Shown here: positions 31,629-41,778 of the stretch, piece after piece
Layout of the letters: each line of letters starts with the position of its first letter
How positions within the stretch are numbered: position 1 is the first letter of the stretch
NCBI GenBank assembly: GCA_905235435.1
Contig: CAJOLD010000009.1
Coordinates: forward strand, 16,129-80,128
Direction of reading: 5' to 3'
DNA: 64,000 bases
Source: an uncultured Lachnospiraceae bacterium
GTDB taxonomy: Bacteria > Bacillota > Clostridia > Lachnospirales > Lachnospiraceae
Translations under genes and position numbers: made by a program
The notes under the pieces: model-generated
The model's database searches: none
The model's input: the letters and a program-made list of their open reading frames with translations, nothing else
Told to the model about the DNA's origin: nothing

Positions 31629-32444
31629 TCAGGCGCCGAGAAGAAGCTTTGAGAGCAGCCAGATGATGGGGGCCGTGATGATCACGCTGTCGAAGCGGTC
31701 CAGGATCCCCCCATGCCCGGGAATCAGGTTTCCGTAGTCTTTGATCTTATGCTCGCGCTTGATCGCGGAGGCGGCAAGATCCCCGACGATGGAGATCAGG
31801 GCTCCGCTGGCGCAGATGATCGCGCCGTAATAGACCTGAAAGCCTTCCGGCATGCCTCCCCGCACGATCCAGACGTACAGAGAGCCGAGAAGCGCTGCGC
31901 CGGCGACGCCGCCGATGGCGCCCTCAATGGATTTTTTCGGGCTCAGCTTCGGGCTCATCTTATGCTTTCCGATCAGCATGCCCACACAGTAGGCACAGGT
32001 ATCGCTCCCCCAGGAGCAGAAAAAGATCAGCCAGACCAGGAACTGTCCGCCGGGCAGCGACCGCGTCTGGTAGATGTAGGACAGCATCACGGCGACATAA
32101 AACATGCCGAAGAGCGCCGTCGCCACCCCGGAAGCTTTTACTTTCGGCCAGGAGAAGACATAGACGGCGAGAAGGGCGCAGGTCGTCAGGGCCGCGCAGA
32201 CCATCAGATATTCCTCCTGATGAGCAAGCAGCAGCACATACATTGCCACTGCGCCGGCAAAGCCTGCGATCGCCGGGCCCTCCGGGGCATCCTTCGCGAT
32301 AAGTCCCGTCGCGCGGTAAAGTTCAAACATACCGATGACGGAAATGACCAGCAGGCCGGCGAGAAGCACAGGGCCTCCGGGAATGATCAGCGCCAGGGCG
32401 ATCGCGACCAGCACGATCCCGCTGATAAGACGGGTGCGGAACAT
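31629..32444 (-). CDS. cdsA: Phosphatidate cytidylyltransferase
   Basis: SPKKSIEG, GDLAASAIKR, KDYGNLIPGHGGILDRFD. Confidence 0.95.
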   Translation of the reverse strand: MFRTRLISGIVLVAIALALIIPGGPVLLAGLLVISVIGMFELYRATGLIAKDAPEGPAIAGFAGAVAMYVLLLAHQEEYLMVCAALTTCALLAVYVFSWPKVKASGVATALFGMFYVAVMLSYIYQTRSLPGGQFLVWLIFFCSWGSDTCAYCVGMLIGKHKMSPKLSPKKSIEGAIGGVAGAALLGSLYVWIVRGGMPEGFQVYYGAIICASGALISIVGDLAASAIKREHKIKDYGNLIPGHGGILDRFDSVIITAPIIWLLSKLLLGA

Positions 32445-32446
32445 GC

Positions 32447-33154
32447 TCAGCTCTCCTTTCTTCCGCCGTAGCGGCGGTCTCGGTCATTGTAGTCCTCGAT
32501 GGCGGCAAGCAGGTCTTTCTTTTTGAAAGCGGGCCAGGGGACGTCGCAGAAATAAAACTCCGTATAGGCGAGCTGCCAGAGGAGGTAATTGGACAGTCTC
32601 TCCTCTCCGCTCGTCCGGATCAGCAGGTCCGGATCCGGGATGCCGGCAGTGTCAAGATGATCGCTGACGCATTCCTCCGTGATCTCATCCGCATTCAGCA
32701 GGCCGGCGACGCTCTCCCGCGCGATCGCGCGCACGGCGCGCGTGATCTCATCCCGGCTCCCGTAGTTTAACGCGATCTGAAAGTTCAGCCCGGTGTTTCC
32801 GGCTGAGCTTCTCTCCAGCTCTTTCAGGCTTTCCTGCAGGTCCGTATCGAAAGCGGCCGGGTCTCCGATGACCCGGACTTTCATGTTGTTGTCCCTGGCT
32901 GTCTTCATGCAGGTCTTTGTATAGCTCCGGAAGAGCTTCATCAGGGAATCGACCTCATCCTTCGAGCGTTTCCAGTTCTCCGTGGAAAACAGGTAGACGG
33001 TCAGATATTTGATGCCGATATTCCAGGCGTCCCGGCATATCTTCTCCAGATTCTTCGCGCCCTGGGCGTGTCCGTAGCTGCGGGGCATTCCTTTTGATTT
33101 TGCCCAGCGGCCGTTCCCGTCAAGGATAATGGCGACATGCTGCGGAATATTCAT
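32447..33154 (-). CDS. uppS: Undecaprenyl diphosphate synthase
   Basis: HVAIILDGNGRWA, FSTENWKR, IRTSGEERLSNYLLWQ. Confidence 0.95.
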   Translation of the reverse strand: MNIPQHVAIILDGNGRWAKSKGMPRSYGHAQGAKNLEKICRDAWNIGIKYLTVYLFSTENWKRSKDEVDSLMKLFRSYTKTCMKTARDNNMKVRVIGDPAAFDTDLQESLKELERSSAGNTGLNFQIALNYGSRDEITRAVRAIARESVAGLLNADEITEECVSDHLDTAGIPDPDLLIRTSGEERLSNYLLWQLAYTEFYFCDVPWPAFKKKDLLAAIEDYNDRDRRYGGRKES

Positions 33155-33242
33155 GCTTTTCCTCCGTTCATGTAAGGGGCTGCCACACCGGTCCCGGCAT
33201 GGCAGCCCCCGCCTGACGCCGCAAACGAGGTCTCCCCCCGTC

Positions 33243-33800
33243 TCAGACTGTCAGGATCTCTTTTGATTTTTCATCGACTGCTTTATCGATATCTTTGATG
33301 TGCTTATCGGTTTCCTTCTGGATAACATCTTCAAGGTCCTTGATCTCGTCCTCGGAGACGTCGGAGCCGGACTTGCCGAGCTTCTTGAGGGAGTCGTTCG
33401 CGTCCCTGCGGATATTGCGGACGGCGACCTTGGCGTTCTCGCCCTTCTTTTTGATATCCTTGACGAGCGCTTTTCTTCTCTCTTCCGTCAGCTCCGGGAA
33501 TACGAGGCGGATCACACGCCCGTCGTTGCTGGGGTTGATCCCGATATCCGACATATTGATGGCCTTCTCGATCGGCTTGATCATGGAGGGCTCCCACGGC
33601 TGGATCTGCAGGATGCGCGGCTCCGGTACCGTGATGTTGCCGACCTGCGCGAGCGGGGTCGGGGTCCCGTAATAGTCAACGGTGATCTTCTTTAAGACGT
33701 TCGGATTCGCCCTGCCGGCGCGGATCGTGCTGAATTCCTCGATCATACTCGCATAGGATTTATCCATTTTTTCCACATATACTTTGATCCTGTCGTCCAT
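33243..33800 (-). CDS. frr: Ribosome recycling factor
   Basis: IRAGRANP, VDYYG, PELTEERRK, VRNIRRD. Confidence 0.96.
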   Translation of the reverse strand: MDDRIKVYVEKMDKSYASMIEEFSTIRAGRANPNVLKKITVDYYGTPTPLAQVGNITVPEPRILQIQPWEPSMIKPIEKAINMSDIGINPSNDGRVIRLVFPELTEERRKALVKDIKKKGENAKVAVRNIRRDANDSLKKLGKSGSDVSEDEIKDLEDVIQKETDKHIKDIDKAVDEKSKEILTV

Positions 33801-33877
33801 TTTTATCCTCCTGATTCTTTATTGCTGAAGCGGGATGCGCCTCCCGCAGGGAAACCCAGGCCGTAATGACCGTAAAC

Positions 33878-34576
33878 CTAAACCGTAATGACCGTACCCT
33901 GGCCTTCGCCGCGGGCCGCGCGGACAATGCCGTTCTCGTCCGTCAGTGAAAAGACGAGGACCGGCATCTTCTGCTCCATGCAGAGGATGGAAGCGGTAAG
34001 ATCCATCACGCCGAGCCTTCTGTCGACGACTTCCTGAATGGAGATCTGATCCAGCTTCACCGCGTCCGGGTCTTCATCCGGGTCGCCTGTATAAACGCCG
34101 TCGACGGATTTCGCGAGAAGGATCTCGTCCGCGTGGATCTCGATCGCGCGCAGGACGGTGGCGGTATCCGTCGAGAAGTACGGATGTCCGGTGCCTCCCG
34201 CGAAAAATACCACAGTTCCTTCGGAAAGTGCCTTCACGGCTTCATCGTAGGAATACAGTGACGTAAACCCGCCGCATGAAAAGGGTGTCATCGTCACGGT
34301 CTTCATTCCGCAGGAGCGGAAGATCTCGGAAACGTAGAGGCAGTTCATGATGGTCGCGAGCATGCCGATCTGATCCGCCTTGGATCGTTTCATACTGCCG
34401 CTCGAACGGCCTCTCCAGAAGTTGCCTCCGCCGATCACGACCGCGATCTGCTTCCCTTCATCGACCAGTTCCTTTACCTGCATTGCAACGCCGGTGATCG
34501 TCTCATCGTCGAAGCCTGTCGATCTGCCGGGCCCCGCGAGTGCCTCACCGCTCAGTTTAAGCAAAAATCTTTTCAT
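33878..34576 (-). CDS. pyrH: UMP kinase
   Basis: LKLSGEAL, GGGNFWRG, GMLAT, GHPYFSTD, MDLTA. Confidence 0.95.
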   Translation of the reverse strand: MKRFLLKLSGEALAGPGRSTGFDDETITGVAMQVKELVDEGKQIAVVIGGGNFWRGRSSGSMKRSKADQIGMLATIMNCLYVSEIFRSCGMKTVTMTPFSCGGFTSLYSYDEAVKALSEGTVVFFAGGTGHPYFSTDTATVLRAIEIHADEILLAKSVDGVYTGDPDEDPDAVKLDQISIQEVVDRRLGVMDLTASILCMEQKMPVLVFSLTDENGIVRAARGEGQGTVITV

Positions 34577-34633
34577 ACAGCCTCCTTATTAAGCCAACTG
34601 ACATAAGTCAAGTATAGCATATCCGTCCTTTTC

Positions 34634-37201
34634 TTAATAGGGCCGTTTCGCATATTTTTTCCTGTTTCTGCGGGCCCGGAGGCGCTTCCTCCTCTTTCCT
34701 TCCCAGTCCCAGATCTTCCTGACGAGCAGGCTCGTCCACTGCAGGACCGGTACCGTATTGACCGCGAAGAGGATGAGCAGCAGGCCGCACCGGCGCGAGA
34801 TGGAGCTGATCGAAAACAGCCGGTTCATAAAGGTCATGCAGAATACAAGGCCGAACAGCATCGAAAACCACAGGACCCAGTGGGGAACCGTCATGGGCGA
34901 AGCGATCCGGTAGAGGATCATCATTCCGACGATCCCAAGCAGGATGGTGCAGGCCGTGGATGTATCCGCGGCGCTGACACGGAACTGATCGCAGAATACG
35001 ACCAGCACGGCCGCGATGATAAAATCAGTCAGGCCGGCCGGAAGCGCGCGCAGAAACACGTTGCTGAGGAACCGCCCCTCGATCCGCTCATTGCTGTTTT
35101 CAAGCGCCAGCAGCGCAGCGGGGATGCCGATCGTAAACATGCTGATCAGAGACATCTGCGAGGGCTCCAGCGGATAATCGAACATCAGAATGATGGAGAA
35201 CAGCGACAGCAGGATCGAGAAGATGTTCTTCACGAGAAAAAGGCTTGCCGTCCGCTGAATATTGTTGACGACCCTCCTGCCCTCGGAGACGACCATGGGC
35301 ATGCGGGCAAAATCCGAATCGAGCAGGACCAGCTGGGCGGCGCTTGCGGCCGCGCTGCTGCCCGATGCCATTGCCGCGCTGCAGTCCGCTTCGCGCAGAG
35401 CCAGTACGTCGTTGACGCCGTCGCCGGTCATCGCGACCGTGTGCCCTCTCTTCTGAAGGGAGAGGACCATCGTCCTCTTCTGCTCGGGCGTCACTCTGCC
35501 GAATACGGTATATTTGCCGACCGCGTTCAGGATCTCCGGATCCGATCTCAGCGTGGACGCGTCGATGTAATTCTCCGCTCCCGGGATCCCGGCCTGCATG
35601 GCGATGGCGGATACGGCGGCAGGGTTGTCGCCGGAGATCACCATGATATCTACGCCCTGCTCCTCAAAGTACCGGAAGGTCTGTTTCGCGTCCGGACGGA
35701 TCGGGTTCTCCAGAAGAACGAGCGCCATGGGAATGACGCGGCTCTTCAGCTCCCCTCCGTCAAGCTCTCCGGTGTACTCTCCGAAAAGAAGGACCCTGTA
35801 TCCCTTCAGGGCATAGTCCTCTGCCAGCGCAAGGATCTGCTCCGGCGCGCAGGATACCGGGACGATGGCGCTGCCGGCTCCGGCATCCGTCCCGTCCCCG
35901 GGCGCCGCATCGGGAGACGCCGCAGTCTCCTCCTGCGTCCCCGCGCGAAGCAGAAATTCCGGCGCGCCCAGGATGAGCGGCCTGCTGCCGATCTGCGCGG
36001 CGCTGTATTTGTAGACCGGAGAAAAAGAAAATACCTTTTCGGCCTTCTCCCCCGTTCCCTGAACATAATAGGACTTGATCGCGCGCATCGTATCATTGTC
36101 GCTGTCCATGGACGCGGCAAAGTTTCCGAGCAGCACGGAAAGCAGGGCTTTCTCCTGGGTTTCGGCTCCGCCCTGCGCCTCGCCGTCCAGGATCCCCACA
36201 ACAGACGGCGCATGCAGCGGAACGGTATCCGCCACCTGCATCTTCGGCTGCGTGATCGTCCCTGTCTTATCAACACAGAGAACGTCCACCCGGGCGAGCG
36301 TCTCGATCGATTTCATGTCATGCACCAGCACCCTGCTGCGCGCAAGGCGCACCGCGCTCACGGCCAGGGCCACGCTGGTCAGCAGATAGAGTCCTTCGGG
36401 GATCATGCCGATGATGGCGGCGATCGTGCCGGTCACGCTGGCTTTAAAACTGAGCCCGCTGAACTTATACTGCTGCACGAACAGCGTGATGCTGACGGGA
36501 ATGATGAGGACGCCGATGATGCGCAGAAGGACATTCAGGGAGCGGATCATCTCCGACTGCTCCTTCGTGTTCGCCCTGCGGGCCTCCTTTGTAAGCTTCG
36601 CGGCGTAGGAATCGGCGCCGACGGCCGTCAGCCTCGCGCGGCAGTGCCCCGAAACGATAAAGCTCCCGGAAAGCAGCGGGCTGTCCGTCATCTTCTCGAT
36701 CTCCTGCGCTTCACCGGTCAGCAGTGATTCATTCACCTGGACCCGTCCTTCCACGACGACGGCGTCCGCCGGGATCTGGTTCCCGGCGCCGAGCAGGATG
36801 ATGTCACCGAGCACGAGCTCCTCCGACTGCACGGTCTCTTCGCTTCCTCCGCGGACGACGGTCGTCTTCGGAGCATTGAGGATCGTCAGCTTTTCCAGGG
36901 TGACCTTGGATCTCCACTGCTGCAGGATGCCGATCAGGGTGTTGAAGACGATCAGCGGGATGAAGGTCATGTCCTTATAGGCGCCGACAATGAAAAGCAT
37001 GACCGCTATAAAGACAAAGATCATGTTGAAATAGGTGAAGACATTCGTGAAGATGATGTGCCCGAGCGAATGCTGGTCATCTTCGGGCATCACATTGGCA
37101 AATCCTTCCTCTGTGCGCCTCTGCACTTCCTCCCGCGAGAGCCCTCTGACGGGATCTGTGACCGCCATGTCCCTCGCATCCGTGTAATTCGTCTCTGCCA
37201 T
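34634..37201 (-). CDS. Cation-translocating P-type ATPase (CtpE-like)
   Basis: LLTGEA, IPEGL, DKTGT, ISGD, MTGDGVND. Confidence 0.9.
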   Translation of the reverse strand: MAETNYTDARDMAVTDPVRGLSREEVQRRTEEGFANVMPEDDQHSLGHIIFTNVFTYFNMIFVFIAVMLFIVGAYKDMTFIPLIVFNTLIGILQQWRSKVTLEKLTILNAPKTTVVRGGSEETVQSEELVLGDIILLGAGNQIPADAVVVEGRVQVNESLLTGEAQEIEKMTDSPLLSGSFIVSGHCRARLTAVGADSYAAKLTKEARRANTKEQSEMIRSLNVLLRIIGVLIIPVSITLFVQQYKFSGLSFKASVTGTIAAIIGMIPEGLYLLTSVALAVSAVRLARSRVLVHDMKSIETLARVDVLCVDKTGTITQPKMQVADTVPLHAPSVVGILDGEAQGGAETQEKALLSVLLGNFAASMDSDNDTMRAIKSYYVQGTGEKAEKVFSFSPVYKYSAAQIGSRPLILGAPEFLLRAGTQEETAASPDAAPGDGTDAGAGSAIVPVSCAPEQILALAEDYALKGYRVLLFGEYTGELDGGELKSRVIPMALVLLENPIRPDAKQTFRYFEEQGVDIMVISGDNPAAVSAIAMQAGIPGAENYIDASTLRSDPEILNAVGKYTVFGRVTPEQKRTMVLSLQKRGHTVAMTGDGVNDVLALREADCSAAMASGSSAAASAAQLVLLDSDFARMPMVVSEGRRVVNNIQRTASLFLVKNIFSILLSLFSIILMFDYPLEPSQMSLISMFTIGIPAALLALENSNERIEGRFLSNVFLRALPAGLTDFIIAAVLVVFCDQFRVSAADTSTACTILLGIVGMMILYRIASPMTVPHWVLWFSMLFGLVFCMTFMNRLFSISSISRRCGLLLILFAVNTVPVLQWTSLLVRKIWDWEGKRRKRLRARRNRKKYAKRPY

Positions 37202-37250
37202 ATGTTTTAGGAATCGCTCCCCTTCTTTACAGAATAGTTCCCCGTCCCGG

Positions 37251-38537
37251 TCAGACGTTGCATACGATCATGCGCAGCTTTCCGTTCTGGTCCGGCGGGA
37301 TCGAATCCATCCAGTCAAACTGAAAGCTGAAGGGCCGCTTAAAGATCGCGTTCAGGTTTTCGGTCAGATACTGCTCGATCTCCTCCCGGGACATGGAGGC
37401 GTCTTCGTCCCTGACGATCTGCACCCGGATCTCATCCCAGCTCTCCTGGATGAAACGGATCTGCAGGATGTCCGCGCAGTGCGCGATGACGGGCGTCACC
37501 TCAAAGAAGCTGGTCACCTCTCCGTTCTCATACCGGAAATAGTCGTTCATGCGCCCCTGCACATTGGAGATGAAGTGGACACCCTGGTTGGTCTTCAGGT
37601 TCCCCCTGTCCCCGATCTCATAGTTGATGAGGGGCAGGTCCGTCTTGTAGAGCGGCGTGATGACGATCCTTCCTTCCGATGCCATCTTTCCGTCGTCGTC
37701 GACCACGTTCACAACAAAGGAATCCTGGTAAATGATGTAGTAGTCACGGCCGGGCAGGCGGATCATGCAGGCGCCGGTCTCGGCGCTCCCGTAGGAGTCG
37801 ATGATCCCGTCCCCGAGGACCTTTTTGAAGAGCTTCCTGTCGTTCTCGGTCACCTTCTCGCTGATCGGATCGTAGAATTTCGGGTGGAAGATCTCCTTCC
37901 CCGTGCGGTTGCTGTAGAGGACGAGCCGCATCAGCTCGGTCTTGTTCATATAGAGCCAGTCCGGACGGTAGGCGTTGATGGCGTCGATCACATCCGGCTC
38001 CGGCGCGTACTGGTCCACAAAGCTGCGGCGGAAAAGGCCGATCTTCTGGATGAAGGAATCGGGACCTCCCGGGTTCTCGTCATGGGCGTTGATCCTGCTC
38101 ATGGTCTTTCCGAACATGGGATTATAGCCGGCGACCATCATCGCCCGGATCCAGTTTGCCTTCATGAAGGCCTTCTCCTTCGGCGAAAAGAGCACAGTCA
38201 GCGGTTTCCCCGTGGAGCCGCTCGTGGTATCGGCGTACCAGTACTGATACTCCGGTTTTTTGGCCTCATCGGCCATCCATCTGCGAAGCTCGTCCTTGGT
38301 GAGGACGGGGAGCTTTGTCAGATCGTCGCCGGTCCGGATGTCCTCCGGCTTAACGCCTGCTTTCTCGAAGCGCTCCCTGTAGAAGGGGATCTCCCAGGCC
38401 CTGCGCATCAGCTTCTGCACATTCTTCTCCTGGGTCCTCATCACCTTTGAATAATTGACGGGCTCCTTTTTCTCCACACTGAGGAGATCCTTCAGCATAT
38501 ATACGTTCGTCAGTTTCTTTTCTACTTTCTCAAACAT
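37251..38537 (-). CDS. PaaK/CapK-like adenylate-forming (acyl-CoA ligase family) protein
   Basis: LPVLTKDELR, TTSGSTGKP, YGSAETG, PLINYEIGD, GR, NGKLR. Confidence 0.82.
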   Translation of the reverse strand: MFEKVEKKLTNVYMLKDLLSVEKKEPVNYSKVMRTQEKNVQKLMRRAWEIPFYRERFEKAGVKPEDIRTGDDLTKLPVLTKDELRRWMADEAKKPEYQYWYADTTSGSTGKPLTVLFSPKEKAFMKANWIRAMMVAGYNPMFGKTMSRINAHDENPGGPDSFIQKIGLFRRSFVDQYAPEPDVIDAINAYRPDWLYMNKTELMRLVLYSNRTGKEIFHPKFYDPISEKVTENDRKLFKKVLGDGIIDSYGSAETGACMIRLPGRDYYIIYQDSFVVNVVDDDGKMASEGRIVITPLYKTDLPLINYEIGDRGNLKTNQGVHFISNVQGRMNDYFRYENGEVTSFFEVTPVIAHCADILQIRFIQESWDEIRVQIVRDEDASMSREEIEQYLTENLNAIFKRPFSFQFDWMDSIPPDQNGKLRMIVCNV

Positions 38538-38549
38538 CCGAAAACCTCT

Positions 38550-39725
38550 TTACTCTACCCTGATCTCGATCTTTGAAAGCGCGTCGTGCAGCACGTCCAC
38601 GGCCTCGTCGAGTGTTTCTCCGCGCGTGATCACATGCCCTATCCTGTGCGGGCCCACATGGAATTTCTTTACGGCATCGCCCACCGTATAGTCGAACTGG
38701 ACCTCATAGATGCGGTCGTCCTTCGGATTGTGGTTCGCGATGGAGCGGATGACGCCGTCCCTGTCGCTCATCAGCAGCATGCTGGCGTTCGGCACGGCCT
38801 TCTCCTGCGGGAAATCCGGATCCTCACCGAGCGCGGCGAGAATGATCTTTTCGTAATAATCGAAGCCGTAATAGATGGAGACGAGCTCCGCGAGGCAGGT
38901 GGCGCCGGAGCGGCCGCCGATCTCGAGGACATAGGTCTTCCCGTCCCTCATGATAAAGTCCGCGTTGATCGCGCAGTTGTCGAGCTTCATCGCGCGGATG
39001 GCCTTCTCGGTCTGGTCAAAGACGTCCTTCTTCTGCTCGTCGGTGAGCGCAAAGGGCGCGAAATGGCCGACCGGCACGCCGGTATCCCCGGTAAAGACAT
39101 AATCGCCGTGAGGCAGCACGAAGCGGAGCTCTCCGTTATAGACGAAGGCCTGCGCGCCGAACTCGCTCCCGACGATGAATTCTTCCACGATATAATAGTC
39201 CTTGCGCGTCACGCCGCGCACGTTATCGATAGCCGCCGCGATGCCCTCCGGGCCGTTGACGCGCGTAATGCCGCGGCTCCCGGACGAATCGACCGCCTTA
39301 AAGATCAGCGGATAGGTAAGATCGCTGAGGCTCTCCGCGGGATCCTCATCGAAGGAGATCATGCGGAACCTTGCGGTGCGCACACCGTTCTTCTCATAGC
39401 ATTCCTTCATCAGGCGCTTGTCCGAAGCGATCTTCGCGGCTTCAAAGGAGAGACCTTTGAGGCCCATCGCGTCGCAGACTCTTCCGATCGTGATGACCGC
39501 GACGTCCGTCCCGGCTGTCACGATCCCGTCGATCTGCTTCTCCCTTGCCACCTTCAGGACCGATTCATAGTCGACGGTATTGATATGGCAGACCTCGTCG
39601 GCGATCGCAAAGCCCGGATAATTGCCGGGGATGCTGACGGCGATCGTGTAGATTCCCATCTCCTTCGCCCTGCGTATCAGCGGGACCTGATAGATCCCGG
39701 CTCCCATGATCATGATCTTTTTCAT
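38550..39725 (-). CDS. ATP-grasp domain ligase
   Basis: MGAGIYQ, DK..MK, KAVDSSGSRG, VEEFI, N.D, LEIGGRSG. Confidence 0.85.
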   Translation of the reverse strand: MKKIMIMGAGIYQVPLIRRAKEMGIYTIAVSIPGNYPGFAIADEVCHINTVDYESVLKVAREKQIDGIVTAGTDVAVITIGRVCDAMGLKGLSFEAAKIASDKRLMKECYEKNGVRTARFRMISFDEDPAESLSDLTYPLIFKAVDSSGSRGITRVNGPEGIAAAIDNVRGVTRKDYYIVEEFIVGSEFGAQAFVYNGELRFVLPHGDYVFTGDTGVPVGHFAPFALTDEQKKDVFDQTEKAIRAMKLDNCAINADFIMRDGKTYVLEIGGRSGATCLAELVSIYYGFDYYEKIILAALGEDPDFPQEKAVPNASMLLMSDRDGVIRSIANHNPKDDRIYEVQFDYTVGDAVKKFHVGPHRIGHVITRGETLDEAVDVLHDALSKIEIRVE

Positions 39726-39755
39726 TGCTTTTCGCCATCCTCTCTGCGCTCAAAT

Positions 39756-40709
39756 TCAGCGCCGTCGCTGCCGATCAGGCCTCCCGTACTCATCGATCTG
39801 GCGTACTACGAACTGCGGATTATTTGATTCACTGAGGAAGATCCTCCCCACATACTCACCGGTCAGACCGAGGAACATCAGGATCACCCCGGAGAAGAAG
39901 CAGATGGCCGCCATCGTGGAGGGCCAGCCCATGGCAGTCATCGGCCGCACGACCTTCCGGATGATGACGCAGATCGCGCCGATCAGTCCCACGGCGGAAA
40001 AGATATAGCCCAGGATCGTCGCGAAATGCAGGGGGACGATCGAGAATCCCATGATGTTCGACCACAGCTGTATGAGCTTTTTGAGCGTATAGTTCGATTT
40101 GCCGACCTCCCGCTCGAAATGTTCCACGGGGACCGACGCGATATTCGTCGTGATCCGCAAAAACACGCCCTGCATATGGGTGAAAGCGTTCTGGTAGGTG
40201 ACCGCGTAATCTCTGACGAAACGGCGGACGGCCCAGAAACTCGATGTCTTCAGGTCCTTCGGCTTTTTCAGAAGGATCCGCACCGTCATATAGTTTATAT
40301 AACTTCCGAAATTGCGGAACTTACTGTGCTTTTTCTCCGGATAGTATCCATAGACGATATCATAGCCCTCGTCCAGCTTTCCGAGAATCTTCGGCAGCTG
40401 GGACGGATGGGTCTGCATGTCGTCGTCCATCGCGATAATAATGTCCCCGCGGGCAAAATTGAGCCCCGCCATGACGGCGTTGTGCTGGCCCGCGTTCTTC
40501 GCGAGCTCAATGACACGGACATTTTTATAGTCGTTCACAAGCCCGCGCAGGGCACGCACGGTCTTTCCTTCATCCGGGGAGCAGTCGTCGACCAGGACAA
40601 ATTCCACATCTCCCCTGTCCATCCGCCCGAACTCCTCCATCGTGAGCTCGACGACCCTGCGGATCGTCTGGTCGGACTTATAACAGGGAATGATCACCGA
40701 GTGAAGCAT
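39756..40709 (-). CDS. Polyprenyl-phosphate glycosyltransferase (GT2, GtrB/ArnC-like)
   Basis: IPCY, VDDCSPD, KNAGQHNA, MDDDMQ, GKSNY, two C-terminal TMs, GEYVGRIF. Confidence 0.88.
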   Translation of the reverse strand: MLHSVIIPCYKSDQTIRRVVELTMEEFGRMDRGDVEFVLVDDCSPDEGKTVRALRGLVNDYKNVRVIELAKNAGQHNAVMAGLNFARGDIIIAMDDDMQTHPSQLPKILGKLDEGYDIVYGYYPEKKHSKFRNFGSYINYMTVRILLKKPKDLKTSSFWAVRRFVRDYAVTYQNAFTHMQGVFLRITTNIASVPVEHFEREVGKSNYTLKKLIQLWSNIMGFSIVPLHFATILGYIFSAVGLIGAICVIIRKVVRPMTAMGWPSTMAAICFFSGVILMFLGLTGEYVGRIFLSESNNPQFVVRQIDEYGRPDRQRRR

Positions 40710-40803
40710 GTTTCGCCTCCTCATCTTTCAGTTTCAAAATAATAAGGTATATCTTATTTATTTTATCAGAACGGCCGCCAAAAGTACAGATAATTGTATC
40801 TGC

Positions 40804-41430
40804 TCAGTATTCGCCCTGGGTAAAGAACATCCCGCGCAGCACCTTCCCCACCTTCTTGTAAAGCAGGAAGGTGATCAGGCAGGTCGCGCCGAACTTTACG
40901 AGATTGAACGGGAATACGGAAAGCAGCATCATCGTCGTCATACTCTTGATCTTCGGATCGATCGCTGTGCCCATGGCGATGATCGCCTCCAGCGGAATCC
41001 CGTAGAGCTTTGAGTACAGCGGGAACATGACCAGGGCGTCGATAAAAACGTAAGCGATGCTGACGGTGACGGTCGAAATGGCCATTGCCCATAAGGCGCC
41101 CTTCTTCGTCCGGTCGCGCTTATAGATCAGGGCTGCCGTGACCACAAAGATCGTACTTCCCACAAGATTGGAGAGTTCTCCGACGAATGCCGTTTTTGTG
41201 CCGTTGATCACAAGGTTTAACAGGATCTTGACCAGGATGACCGAAAAGCCGGCGGCCGGACCCATAAAGAAACCCGCGAACAGTGCCGGCACCTCCGCGA
41301 TATCAAATTCCAGGAAAGAGGGGGCAATCGGCAGCGGAAAACTGATCAGCATGAGCACCGTTGAGAGGGCTCCCAGCATCCCGACAAAAGTGACCGTCTT
41401 CGCGCCAAACTTCTTTTTTGTGTTTTTCAT
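40804..41430 (-). CDS. ribU: ECF transporter S-component, riboflavin
   Basis: FLEFDIAEVPAL, GELSN, PFNLVK; lies directly downstream of an FMN riboswitch. Confidence 0.88.
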   Translation of the reverse strand: MKNTKKKFGAKTVTFVGMLGALSTVLMLISFPLPIAPSFLEFDIAEVPALFAGFFMGPAAGFSVILVKILLNLVINGTKTAFVGELSNLVGSTIFVVTAALIYKRDRTKKGALWAMAISTVTVSIAYVFIDALVMFPLYSKLYGIPLEAIIAMGTAIDPKIKSMTTMMLLSVFPFNLVKFGATCLITFLLYKKVGKVLRGMFFTQGEY

Positions 41431-41497
41431 TTTGCTTAGTCCTTTCCCTCCAGCGCCTTATTCTTTCCGATGCGCGCCTTTTCTGCGCCCGGAGAAT

Positions 41498-41541
41498 AAA
41501 AAACTCTGCTGATCCGCGCCGTGCGCAATGATCAACAGAGC
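41498..41541 (-). terminator. Riboswitch expression-platform terminator
   Basis: Minus strand CTCTGTTGATC..GATCAGCAGAG-TTTTT between aptamer and ribU. Confidence 0.8.
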
Positions 41542-41545
41542 CTTA

Positions 41546-41710
41546 TCTTCTCCCATCCGGACTTCTCCCCTCTCCGGACGCTTACGCGCCTGAAGAAAGG
41601 ATACACCGTCGGTACCGGAATTCCACCGGTTCGTGCAGCAGAGGCAAAGGCCGGTCTGCGCTCGCGGACTGTGACCGCCGGTGGGGAATCTCACCCCGCC
41701 CTGAAGACCT
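41546..41710 (-). ncRNA. FMN riboswitch (RFN element)
   Basis: Minus strand TCTTCAGGGCGGGGTGAGATTCCCCACCGGCGGT..AGTCCGCGAG..CCGGTGGAATTCCGGTACCGACGGT..AGTCCGGATGGGAGAAGA matches the RFN consensus. Confidence 0.95.
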
Positions 41711-41778
41711 GATTATTGAATATTACAAGAACAACTATAGCACGGCTGCTTCCGCAAGTAAACAATAACCTTGCGGCG

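Noticed and set aside
40710..40803. FMN control of the GT2/ATP-grasp genes by read-through from ribU
   Set aside because: No terminator is obvious, but an extended -10 (TGATAAAAT on the minus strand near 40760-68) suggests their own promoter; no further support.
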